A stretch of DNA of 64,000 nucleotides from Alphaproteobacteria bacterium (GCA_045615365.1 JAZLEQ010000047.1:4413-68412); one strand, 5' to 3'. Positions 39,871-48,845 are shown, counted from the first letter of the stretch. Notes: a model not told the origin generated them from the letters alone. Numbers and translations are program-made.

Positions 39871-40596
39871 GTGGCTGTGTATCAAAAATATATGTTTGAT
39901 AACTTCGTTATTAAAAACGAAGCGGATGAAGCCATTTGTGACGAAAATCTGACAGATGAAATGGTTTCCGATGAAATCGTTGAATCAGTAGAAGCAGAAA
40001 CAGAAGTTGAAGCAGTGCCTGTTGAAATAATTCAACAAGAAACAGTTGTTGAAGACATTCAGATTGTGGAAAATACATATAGTGAAGAAGAATTCAGAAA
40101 CGCAATCAAAACAGCCGAAGAAGTATCATATGAAAAAGGATTTCAAGCAGCCCTTAATGACGAAACAAAACAACAAAACATATTATTAGAGGATATTAAA
40201 AATCAATTGATGGCAATTTTTGCTTCAACCGAGCAAAGAAACATTGATATGGAAAAAGACAATTTAAGATTTATGCTTAGCGCCATTCGTAAAATTTTTC
40301 CGACAATGGAAAAAGAGAATGCTGCGAAAGAAGTGCAAAATTTTTTATCGGAAAATTTTTCATCTTTTGCCAAACAGGAAGTTTTGTCTTTTTCTTTTAA
40401 TCCGTCTTCGGCTTCGCAAGCAGCCAAGATTATAGGAAAACTTGCTGAGCAGAATGATTTTGAAGGCAAAATTTCAGTGCATAAGGATGAAACTATGGGA
40501 GCTTCGGATTGTCGTGTTGAATGGAAAAACGGCGGTAGTGAACGTAATGCAGCAAAAATATTGGATCAAATTGAAGATTTAATTCAAGTTAACTGA
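39871..40596 (+). CDS. fliH: FliH-like export apparatus protein (FlbE position of the Caulobacter fliF operon)
   Basis: GTG start. Acidic N-terminus then ...EEEFRNAIKTAEEVSYEKGFQAAL.... It sits between fliG and fliN. Confidence 0.55.
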   Translation: MAVYQKYMFDNFVIKNEADEAICDENLTDEMVSDEIVESVEAETEVEAVPVEIIQQETVVEDIQIVENTYSEEEFRNAIKTAEEVSYEKGFQAALNDETKQQNILLEDIKNQLMAIFASTEQRNIDMEKDNLRFMLSAIRKIFPTMEKENAAKEVQNFLSENFSSFAKQEVLSFSFNPSSASQAAKIIGKLAEQNDFEGKISVHKDETMGASDCRVEWKNGGSERNAAKILDQIEDLIQVN

Positions 40597-40609
40597 TAAG
40601 AGAGGGAAA

Positions 40610-40963
40610 ATGGAAAATAATTTAGAATTAGATGAGATGAGCGAAACATCAACAATGGATGATGAGCCCATTTTGCGCAAAGACTTAGGTAGTGAAGATT
40701 TTGATATTCCCACATCAACATCTGATTTGGAAGCGGTTTATAATATTCCGGTTAAAGTTTCGGCGGTATTGGGGAAGACAAACATGAAAGTAAGCAATCT
40801 TATGAAGCTTAATAAAGGGGCGATAATTGAATTGGATCGTAAGGTTGGTGAAGCAATAGACATATATGTAAACAATAGTTTGGTTGCACGCGGCGAAGTT
40901 GTTGTTGTTGATGAAAAACTCGGTATTACAATGACCGAGATTGTAAAAGCATCAAACAAATAA
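40610..40963 (+). CDS. fliN: Flagellar motor switch protein FliN
   Basis: SpoA-type C-terminus IPVKVSAVLGKTNMKVSNLMKLNKGAIIELDRKVGEAIDIYVNNSLVARGEVVVVDEKLGITMTEI. Confidence 0.9.
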   Translation: MENNLELDEMSETSTMDDEPILRKDLGSEDFDIPTSTSDLEAVYNIPVKVSAVLGKTNMKVSNLMKLNKGAIIELDRKVGEAIDIYVNNSLVARGEVVVVDEKLGITMTEIVKASNK

Positions 40964-40974
40964 GGTTAAAGCTA

Positions 40975-42279
40975 ATGGAATTACTGATTGTCGGAACACT
41001 AAACGGGCAAATAGGAGCTGCCAGTAAAATAGCCATTTCAAAAGGTGGCCAAGTGTCTTTGGCAAATAGCGTAGAACAAGCTTTGAGCATATTACGTTCG
41101 GGCAAAGTTGTTGAATTGATAATGGTTGATGTGACCTTAGATGTTCATAAACTCATATCTTCGTTGGAAGCTGAAAGAATAAATGTTTTGGTTGTAGCCT
41201 GTGGTGTTGCCAACGATACATCTCTGGCAGTTAAAGCCATTAAAGCCGGAGCCAGAGAATATATCCCTCTCCCTCCTGATCCGGAATTAATAGGTGCAGT
41301 TTTGGCTGCAGTAACAAGAGAAAGTCATGCTTTAATATATGGTGATAAGAAAACCGAAGCAATTTTAAAAATGGCCAAACAAATTGCTCCCTCAGAAGCC
41401 AGCGTAATGTTGACCGGTTCATCAGGAACGGGTAAGGAAATATTTTCCAGATTTATTCATGACAATTCAAAAAGAGCCAATCAGAAATTTGTTGCAGTCA
41501 ATTGTGCGGCTATACCTGAAGCTCTTTTAGAATCAGAACTTTTCGGTTACGAGAAAGGAGCGTTCACCGGTGCGGTTTCACGCAGAATAGGCAAATTTGA
41601 AGAGGCATCCGGCGGAACATTGCTTTTGGATGAAATATCTGAAATGGATATCGGACTTCAAGCCAAATTGTTGAGAGCAATACAGGAAAAAGAAATAGAC
41701 AGGCTTGGCGGAAAAGGTCCGATTGCAGTTGACACAAGAATTATTGCCACATCTAACCGCGATTTGGAGAAATGTGTGGAAGAAGGAACGTTTAGAAAAG
41801 ACTTATATTATCGTTTGAATGTAATCAGCCTCAATATACCCGACCTAAAAGATCGTAGCGGAGATATCATTGTGTTGGCAAAACATTTTATTAAAAAATA
41901 TTCGGAATTAAATGAATTGCCGATGAAAGACTTAACCTCCAAAGCTGAAGCAATGTTGTTGAATTATCTGTGGCCGGGGAATGTTCGCGAACTTGAAAAC
42001 ACAATGCATCGTGCAGTTTTGCTTTCGACCGGTGATGAAATTGACGAAGATGCAATCATGTTGCAAGATAAAAACGCCGTAAAAACAGAAGTTGCGGAAG
42101 AAAAACAGGTGGGTAAAACGGTTGCCGAAGTTGAACGCAAGCTGATTTTGGACACCATGGCCACAACTTCATGGAATCGCACGACTGCAGCAACAATTTT
42201 AGGAATTTCAATTCGCACTCTGCGAAACAAACTGAAACAATATCAGGAAGAAGGTTTTGAAATTTCTTCTTCAAATTAG
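40975..42279 (+). CDS. flbD: Sigma-54-dependent flagellar transcriptional activator FlbD
   Basis: The N-terminal pseudo-receiver resembles Caulobacter FlbD (MELLIVGTLNGQ...LIMVDV). AAA+ sigma-54 interaction domain (GSSGTGKE, GAFTGA, ESELFGYEKGAFTGA) and a C-terminal Fis-type HTH. Confidence 0.85.
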   Translation: MELLIVGTLNGQIGAASKIAISKGGQVSLANSVEQALSILRSGKVVELIMVDVTLDVHKLISSLEAERINVLVVACGVANDTSLAVKAIKAGAREYIPLPPDPELIGAVLAAVTRESHALIYGDKKTEAILKMAKQIAPSEASVMLTGSSGTGKEIFSRFIHDNSKRANQKFVAVNCAAIPEALLESELFGYEKGAFTGAVSRRIGKFEEASGGTLLLDEISEMDIGLQAKLLRAIQEKEIDRLGGKGPIAVDTRIIATSNRDLEKCVEEGTFRKDLYYRLNVISLNIPDLKDRSGDIIVLAKHFIKKYSELNELPMKDLTSKAEAMLLNYLWPGNVRELENTMHRAVLLSTGDEIDEDAIMLQDKNAVKTEVAEEKQVGKTVAEVERKLILDTMATTSWNRTTAATILGISIRTLRNKLKQYQEEGFEISSSN

Positions 42280-42294
42280 GGACAATTTTGAATA

Positions 42295-44412
42295 ATGGCA
42301 AAACAAATAATCGGCAAAAAATCAGTTTCTACATCAATAAAAGATGCGCTTTTAAGTTCGGGTAAAAGGGGAGATTTGCTTTTTGCTCTTGCAATTATTT
42401 TGATGTTGGTAATTTTGATTTTGCCGATGCCGGCAGGTTTGTTGGATGTTTCTTTAGCATTATCAATAACCATGTCGTGCGTTGTTTTAATGATGGCGAT
42501 TTTTATTGAAAAACCCATAGAATTTAGTGCATTTCCTTTGGTTTTGTTAATTACGACGATGTATCGTTTGGCTCTTAACTTGGCATCAACTCGTTTGATT
42601 CTTTCTAAAGGATATTTGGGCGATGACGCTGCCGGTGAAGTAATCAAAGCATTCGGCGGTTTTATCATGGGCGATAATTTTGTTATCGGTGTGATTGTTT
42701 TTGCCATTTTGGTTTTGGTAAATTTTGTAGTAATCACTAAAGGTTCGGGGCGTATTGCTGAAGTAGCTGCTCGTTTTGCATTAGATGCCATGCCCGGAAA
42801 ACAAATGGCGATTGATGCAGATTTATCTTCCGGCCTGATTAATGAAGATGAAGCCAAGAAAAGGCGTGAAGAACTTTCCAAAGAAAGCTCTTTTTACGGA
42901 GCCATGGACGGTGCTTCAAAATTTGTTCGCGGAGATGCAATTGCCGGTTTACTCATAACTTTTATCAATATCATTGCCGGTATAATAATCGGAATGGTTC
43001 AAAATGATCTTAGTTTTGCTGAAGCAGGAGAAACATACACCAAACTCACTGTCGGTGATGGTTTGGTAAGTCAAATTCCGGCATTAATTGTTTCGGTAGG
43101 CGCAGGTATTTTGGTTTCAAAAGCCGGTATGACCGAATCAACCGACAAGGTTTTATTTGAGCAAGTTGCCAACTACCCTAAGGCATTGGGGGTGAGCGCT
43201 GCAATGGCTGTTGCATTGGGTATTATCCCCGGAACACCGGCCATTCCGTTTTTTATTCTGGCAACATTGACCGGCAGCACTGCATATTTTTTAAACAAAC
43301 AACAAGAGGAAAAGCAAGCTCTTGCACAAGCCGTTATGGAACAGGAAGAAAAGCAAACAGCCATAAGCAAAATGGCTGATGAGCCGATAGCCAATGTTTT
43401 GAAAGTTGATTTAATACGTCTTGAAATAGGATATGGTTTACTTCCGCTGATTAATGAAGAAAGCAACCGCAAGTTAACAGACCAAATTAAGGCATTGCGC
43501 AGAGCTTTAGCAAGTGAACTCGGGTTTGTCATGCCCTCCATTCGAATTCAAGACAACATGCAGTTAGAAGCAAACGAATATAATATTTATGTAAAAGAAG
43601 TAAAATCCGGACGAGGAGAATTAAGGCCCACCCAACTTTTAGTTATGGATCCTCGCGGTGAAGAAATAAATCTTCCCGGTGAAGATACCTTAGAACCTAC
43701 ATTTGGTTTAAAAGCAATGTGGGTTGATCCTTCTTATCGTGAAGAAGCAATGTTTAGAGGATATACGGTTGTTGATCCGTCAACGGTTGTTACAACACAT
43801 ATAACCGAGTTGGTTAAAGAAAATATGCCTGAATTATTGTCTTATGCAGAAACCCAAAAACTTCTTGATGAACTTGATAAAGAACATCAAAAGTTGGTTA
43901 AAGACCTCATACCCGGTAAGATTAGCTTGGCAGCGGTTCAACGAGTTCTTAAAAATCTTTTGCAGGAGCGCGTTTCAATCAGAGATTTACCCACAATATT
44001 GGAGGGCATATCCGAAGCTGTCACCACCACCCACAGTCTTATGCTTATTACCGAACATGTTCGCAGTCGCTTATCTCGTCAGCTTTCCAACACCTATGCC
44101 AATGAATTCGGAATCATATCGTTGGTTCCTTTGTCACCTGAATGGGAACAAAATTTTGCTCAATCCATAGTTGGTGACGGCGATGAAAAACAGTTGGCTA
44201 TGGCGCCGACAACTTTGCAAGCATTCATAACCAAGGTTCGCTCGGTTTTGGAAGAATTGGCAGCAAAGGGGGAGACACCGGTTTTATTAACCAGTCCGAA
44301 TATTCGTCCGTTTGTTCGGTCTATTATTGAGCGTTTCCGTCCGTTGAGTGTGGTAATGTCGCAAAACGAAATTCATCCCAAGGCTAAAATAAAAACCGTA
44401 GGGCAAATATAA
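42295..44412 (+). CDS. flhA: Flagellar export apparatus protein FlhA
   Basis: Conserved FHIPEP region (VITKGSGRIAEVAARFALDAMPGKQMAIDADL) and the FlhA cytoplasmic domain. Confidence 0.93.
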   Translation: MAKQIIGKKSVSTSIKDALLSSGKRGDLLFALAIILMLVILILPMPAGLLDVSLALSITMSCVVLMMAIFIEKPIEFSAFPLVLLITTMYRLALNLASTRLILSKGYLGDDAAGEVIKAFGGFIMGDNFVIGVIVFAILVLVNFVVITKGSGRIAEVAARFALDAMPGKQMAIDADLSSGLINEDEAKKRREELSKESSFYGAMDGASKFVRGDAIAGLLITFINIIAGIIIGMVQNDLSFAEAGETYTKLTVGDGLVSQIPALIVSVGAGILVSKAGMTESTDKVLFEQVANYPKALGVSAAMAVALGIIPGTPAIPFFILATLTGSTAYFLNKQQEEKQALAQAVMEQEEKQTAISKMADEPIANVLKVDLIRLEIGYGLLPLINEESNRKLTDQIKALRRALASELGFVMPSIRIQDNMQLEANEYNIYVKEVKSGRGELRPTQLLVMDPRGEEINLPGEDTLEPTFGLKAMWVDPSYREEAMFRGYTVVDPSTVVTTHITELVKENMPELLSYAETQKLLDELDKEHQKLVKDLIPGKISLAAVQRVLKNLLQERVSIRDLPTILEGISEAVTTTHSLMLITEHVRSRLSRQLSNTYANEFGIISLVPLSPEWEQNFAQSIVGDGDEKQLAMAPTTLQAFITKVRSVLEELAAKGETPVLLTSPNIRPFVRSIIERFRPLSVVMSQNEIHPKAKIKTVGQI

Positions 44413-44415
44413 GAT

Positions 44416-45225
44416 ATGACAGATAAGGCTGAGAGAAACACAGATGTTGTTGAAGACATTTCTCCCATAAAGGGAAAAAGAATGATAGCCGTAACATCTG
44501 GTGCACAAAATATCGGAAAAACATTTTTTGCCTATAATCTTTGTCATGCTCTGAGTTTGTTTAAAAAAAAGGTTATATTTTTTGATGCAAATTGTGGTCT
44601 TAATAATATAAAAACTCAATTAGGGCTTAATTATAATAATGACTTGGATTCCGTGATCTACGGAAATCGCAGCATTAATCAGGTTGCATTTTTTTATGAG
44701 AAAGGAAAATTTGATATTATTCCGGGCAATAGCGGGTCTTCAGCAATATCTACAATGTCGGTAGGCAGACTGCAAATTTTGGGTGATGACCTCAATATCT
44801 TGTCGGAAAACTACGACAATATGATACTTGACATTGGAACAAATATGAAAAATGTTTCCAATGTTTTAACGGGAATGTCCAAAAATGTGTTAATTTTATG
44901 CAACGATGACCCGCAAATCATAACCGAAAGTTATAGTATCATTCGTTTTATAACCTTAAATTATCCTAAGACCAAAATAAATATAGTAATAAACATGGTT
45001 AATAATATTGAAGATGGTTTGCGAGTGTATGAGCTCATAAAAAAAGCTTGTGGAGAGTTTTTGGAACTGACACCGCCTTTATTAGGAATTGTCAGAACAG
45101 ATACCAGAGTAAGAGATTCTATACGTAATCAAAGCACAATCATTAATCGCTTTCCGCAATCTGAAGCTTCACAAGATATTTTAGCTATTGCCAAAAGGAT
45201 AACGGATAATGAGCAATTTAATTAA
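44416..45225 (+). CDS. flhG: MinD/ParA-family ATPase, FlhG-like
   Basis: P-loop SGAQNIGKT, MinD-like switch regions, and a position directly after flhA. No flhF lies between them. Confidence 0.6.
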   Translation: MTDKAERNTDVVEDISPIKGKRMIAVTSGAQNIGKTFFAYNLCHALSLFKKKVIFFDANCGLNNIKTQLGLNYNNDLDSVIYGNRSINQVAFFYEKGKFDIIPGNSGSSAISTMSVGRLQILGDDLNILSENYDNMILDIGTNMKNVSNVLTGMSKNVLILCNDDPQIITESYSIIRFITLNYPKTKINIVINMVNNIEDGLRVYELIKKACGEFLELTPPLLGIVRTDTRVRDSIRNQSTIINRFPQSEASQDILAIAKRITDNEQFN

Positions 45226-46681
45226 TCTTTGGGGATTATATTTACAAAATTTTTCTTTAGAACAATTGCCGCCTCTGCAAATGGAAGAAATTCCCGAAGA
45301 ATTATTAAAACAAATGAATTTTGGCGATGTAGCCGACCTTAAGATAATGGCGGGAAAAGACGGAGCATTAAAAAGTTTTATTGATATTGACGGAAAACTT
45401 ATTGAAGTAATGCTCAAAAATCACTCAAATACCAATATATCATCGCATGATGTCATAAATATAAGGGTGCGACTTAGTGCTCCAAGGCAATTAATTCCGC
45501 TGCGCAACATAAAGGTTTCGGAAGAGGTCAAGACTCCACAGACACAAATAGAAGTAAATAAAGAACATAATGTATTTAAAAACATCGAATTATCTCCTTT
45601 GAAACCATCAAAACTTGTAAGTCTAATGTTGCAAGAAAAAAACATTATGCCGGATACCATAAAAGAAATCACCGACAAATTAAGTTTGTTGGAAGTGAGT
45701 ATTGCCAAATTGGGCAGTAATACGGAAGGTGATACCGATTTGTTAAATTCTTTAAAAAACATTATACAGATTAAAGATATTGATGTTTTAAGAAACGAAA
45801 TAAGCAAATTTATTTCAAATTTGGAAGGAAAACAAATCGGCGGTCAGGTTAGTTCTCGTAATCAGGATTTAACAATAGTCAAAACATTGTTCGGAGAAAC
45901 GCTTTTTAACTCAAAAATAAAATTGCCTCTGTCGGAAAATTTAATTTTAAATATTGAAAAAATCTTTTCAAATAAAGATGTTGGTATTGACACTTTATTG
46001 AAAATATTAAACAACGGATTTTTTTCAAAGCAAAACAATTATCAGCAACCGGCAATCAAGTCAGTTCCGCAAAACTTGCTTAATCTCAGCGAAGCAACCT
46101 TAAATACAATCAAATTAAATTTTCCGTTTCGCTCGGAACACTTGTTTGAAAATATTTTCAACTTTTATCATGCTGCAATAAACAGAGATTTATCATTATG
46201 GATCAACAAGGAACAAACAGCCAAAATACTCATGTCAAACCCCGATGGAAATGAACAGATACGCGAGCTGAACAATCTTGTTGCAAATTCATTTAAAGAA
46301 AATACCATGTGGAAAATTGTTGAAATTCCGATGTTTGACAGTGCTCTTTTTTCTTCATTAAAGGTTGCGGTTAAAAAAGAAAACGCACACCAAAAAGGAA
46401 AAAACAAGAAAATAGGAACACGATTCGTTGTGGAAACGGAGTTTTCAAATCTTGGCAATTTTCAATTTGACGGATATTCCGTTGCCCGAGAAAGAAGACT
46501 TGATCTTGTTATTCGCACATCAAAACCGTTTCCTGATGATTTTTGTAAGCATATTATCAATTTGTTTAATAAATGCCTTTATGATGTTAATTATAGCGGG
46601 ACAATAAAAATTAATCGACAGGAAAATTTTATTGCACTGCACGATTCTGCAACCGGAGAAATAGAAGGACTTTATGTATAA
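45209..46681 (+). CDS. Hypothetical flagellar-operon protein with a possible FliK-C-terminal-like domain
   Basis: Overlaps flhG by 17 nt. The C-terminal segment RFVVETEFSNLGNFQFDGYSVARERRLDLVIRTSKPFPDDFCKHIINLFNKCLYDVNYSG loosely follows the Flg_hook-domain pattern. Confidence 0.6.
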   Translation: MSNLINLWGLYLQNFSLEQLPPLQMEEIPEELLKQMNFGDVADLKIMAGKDGALKSFIDIDGKLIEVMLKNHSNTNISSHDVINIRVRLSAPRQLIPLRNIKVSEEVKTPQTQIEVNKEHNVFKNIELSPLKPSKLVSLMLQEKNIMPDTIKEITDKLSLLEVSIAKLGSNTEGDTDLLNSLKNIIQIKDIDVLRNEISKFISNLEGKQIGGQVSSRNQDLTIVKTLFGETLFNSKIKLPLSENLILNIEKIFSNKDVGIDTLLKILNNGFFSKQNNYQQPAIKSVPQNLLNLSEATLNTIKLNFPFRSEHLFENIFNFYHAAINRDLSLWINKEQTAKILMSNPDGNEQIRELNNLVANSFKENTMWKIVEIPMFDSALFSSLKVAVKKENAHQKGKNKKIGTRFVVETEFSNLGNFQFDGYSVARERRLDLVIRTSKPFPDDFCKHIINLFNKCLYDVNYSGTIKINRQENFIALHDSATGEIEGLYV

Positions 46682-47824
46682 ATGAGCGATTCGTTAGGAT
46701 ATTATAAATTATTGGAAGTTGCCGAAGATGCCGACTTTGAAACGATAAAACAATCGTATCACAACTTGGCCAAAATCTGGCATCCGGATTATAATAAAGA
46801 AGAAAATGCAGCGGAAGTATTTAAGAAACTTTCTGTTGCATACGAGATATTGAAAGATGGTAAAAAACGTTTGACATATGATATTTTATCAATTGTTTAT
46901 TCAGCTGAAAAATATCCGGATTGTGAAACATTACAGGCTTTTGAATGTAATGGAAACGGAACAAATGTTGCGGTATTAAAGTTAAAAAAAATAAAAGCTT
47001 GGATAATCGGTTATAAAGAGGAAAACACCATTGAGATTGCAGATAAAAAAACTGCAATTAAAATCAGCCTGCAAACACTTGCAAACAATTTGATTTTCGG
47101 ATGGTGGCATCCGTCGGCTTTCATTAAAAATATTTCGGCTGTGTTTAATAATTTAAAAAATCCTATATCAAAAAAAGAAACATTGCGCATTCATCTTCAT
47201 AACATGGTTGCATACGTCAATTCCGGACAAATTGATCATGCTTCACATTGCGCGGCTTTAGCAAGTAATCTTCTTTCACCAAAAGAAAAAGCAAAATTAA
47301 AAGAATTTATTATGCAATCGGGACTATCCGAAGATCATAAGCATATTTGGTCAGAATCAATATTGAAAACAGCTCAAAAGAGTATTTTTTTGCTTTTATT
47401 TATTGTAATAAGTTTAATATCATTGGTAAGTAGCGGCTATATAAGCGAAGAAAATTTCAACTTCATTTCTTCGAAGTCAAAAGAAATAGATTATTATCAG
47501 CTAGTTAAAATGAATAATAGTGATGATGTCGGATTTGATGATATGGTAGTTGGAAAGATAATTAATATTCCGATTAACAAATCAGATCCGTCAAAATTAT
47601 ACCATATGACAGACAACTGCAATATAATGTATGGTCCGTCCGAAAAATTTGATATAATAAAAACTCTCAAATCAGGAACCACAGTTCGCTTCACCGGCTA
47701 TACTCCGGATAACATTTGGGCCAGAGTAATGATAGATAATGGTGAGTTGGGCTTTGTTCCTTTTGATTGTATAGCGCAGGGAATAGGGCGTGAAATACCG
47801 TTTGGCAGTAAAATTACAGACTGA
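46682..47824 (+). CDS. J-domain / single TM / SH3-like domain protein
   Basis: The ATG directly abuts the upstream stop (TAAATG). J domain with HPD at aa 34-36, TM helix IFLLLFIVISLISLVSSGY, and a C-terminal bacterial-SH3-like segment (TVRFTGYTPDNIWARVMIDNGELGFVPFDCI). Confidence 0.75.
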   Translation: MSDSLGYYKLLEVAEDADFETIKQSYHNLAKIWHPDYNKEENAAEVFKKLSVAYEILKDGKKRLTYDILSIVYSAEKYPDCETLQAFECNGNGTNVAVLKLKKIKAWIIGYKEENTIEIADKKTAIKISLQTLANNLIFGWWHPSAFIKNISAVFNNLKNPISKKETLRIHLHNMVAYVNSGQIDHASHCAALASNLLSPKEKAKLKEFIMQSGLSEDHKHIWSESILKTAQKSIFLLLFIVISLISLVSSGYISEENFNFISSKSKEIDYYQLVKMNNSDDVGFDDMVVGKIINIPINKSDPSKLYHMTDNCNIMYGPSEKFDIIKTLKSGTTVRFTGYTPDNIWARVMIDNGELGFVPFDCIAQGIGREIPFGSKITD

Positions 47825-48602
47825 TTTTAATAGTTTCAATTCTTAAAGCCAAACCTGTTTTATCATCGGTTTCAATAAATGTTCCGCACAGGGTTGCTTT
47901 TCCGCAAGCAGGCTCCAGCCTTGTCGCTGCCGATTTATCTTTTAATCGATCTATAGGGGCTTGAATGTTGAAACCTATAACACTGTTATAATCACCGCAC
48001 ATTCCGGCATCAGTTTGATAGGCTGTTCCTTTAGGAAGTATAACCGCATCATTTGTCGGGACATGAGTATGAGATCCTATGCAAGCAGATATTCTTCCGT
48101 CAAAATAGTGTCCTAAAGCTTGTTTTTCTGCGGTTGCTTCCGCATGAACATCAAGAAATATGGCATCAATATTTTTTCCTATTTGATAATTATTCAATAT
48201 TTCATCAAAAACATCTGAAGGGCTTTCAACATTCTCCATAAACACTCTTCCGACAACTTCTGCCACCAAAATCTTTTTTCCGTTATCTGTCGGAATTATT
48301 CTTGCTCCGACCCCTGCCAAATTTTTATTATAATTAAGTGGTCTGACGATTCGTTTGTTTTCATCCAAAAAGTTGCGGAGCTCTTTTTGATTCCATACAT
48401 GGTCGCCGGTAACAATTGCGCTGACACCGGCAGTAAGCAGCTGATTGCAAATTTTAGGTGTGCATCCGAAACCGTGAGCGGCATTGTCAACATTAACAAT
48501 AAGCACATCAAAATCATATTTTTCTTTTAATGTTTTAATATTATTGATAACGGCTTCACGGCCGGTTTTGGCAACAATATCACCTAAATATACAATTTTC
48601 AA
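47814..48602 (-). CDS. ymdB: YmdB-like metallophosphoesterase (TIGR00282 family)
   Basis: KIVYLGDIVAKTGREAV, NVDNAAHGFG, TGDHVW and GSHTHVPT motifs. The start is placed at the TTG at 48602, 9 nt after GAGAGG. The longer ORF reaching 48755 would run into the candidate 6S RNA. Confidence 0.75.
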   Translation of the reverse strand: MKIVYLGDIVAKTGREAVINNIKTLKEKYDFDVLIVNVDNAAHGFGCTPKICNQLLTAGVSAIVTGDHVWNQKELRNFLDENKRIVRPLNYNKNLAGVGARIIPTDNGKKILVAEVVGRVFMENVESPSDVFDEILNNYQIGKNIDAIFLDVHAEATAEKQALGHYFDGRISACIGSHTHVPTNDAVILPKGTAYQTDAGMCGDYNSVIGFNIQAPIDRLKDKSAATRLEPACGKATLCGTFIETDDKTGLALRIETIKISL

Positions 48603-48636
48603 TTTCGGCAACCTCTCATAGTCAAACAAACAGACC

Positions 48637-48845
48637 TCGCTTAAATAAAAAAAAGCGAGGTCTTTAACAATCATTGAAAGAAACCGTTTAGCCGTATAGA
48701 TACATTCTTGAAACGAACCGCGGGTCAAAAAGTGGGTGCCATATAAATAAACCACGATTTATTCAGCGACAGCTCCCTATAAAATAATGTTGGCTCGGAA
48801 GACCTGCTAAACTACGCACTACGCAGTCTCTAACCTATGTTATGA
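48637..48845 (-). ncRNA. ssrS: Candidate 6S RNA (ssrS)
   Basis: About 200-nt non-coding stretch directly downstream of zapA. It contains GAGCCAACAUU and CCGCGGUU, reminiscent of E. coli 6S segments GAGCCGAUAUU and CCGCGGUU. It ends in the hairpin AGACCUCGC...GCGAGGUCU. The boundaries are approximate. Confidence 0.5.

Noticed and set aside
42276-42881. A 201-aa ORF antisense to flhA. Similar long antisense ORFs occur at 51296-51871 (opposite the OmpA-like gene), 32728-33249 (opposite fliK), 18630-19112 (opposite tcdA), 3495-3905 and 20414-20800.
   Set aside because: Each lies entirely within a well-supported gene on the other strand. They have low-complexity or Ser/Lys/Phe-rich translations, no RBS and no recognisable motif. 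They are typical shadow ORFs of an AT-rich genome.
47814-48755. The full 313-aa version of the ymdB-like ORF, and possible tmRNA or tRNA content in 48610-48850.
   Set aside because: The first ~50 residues have no counterpart in YmdB-family proteins, which begin near MKI.F.GD. The region shows no tRNA-like T-arm (GGTTCGAATCC-type) or acceptor features. A 6S RNA fits better on position and motifs.
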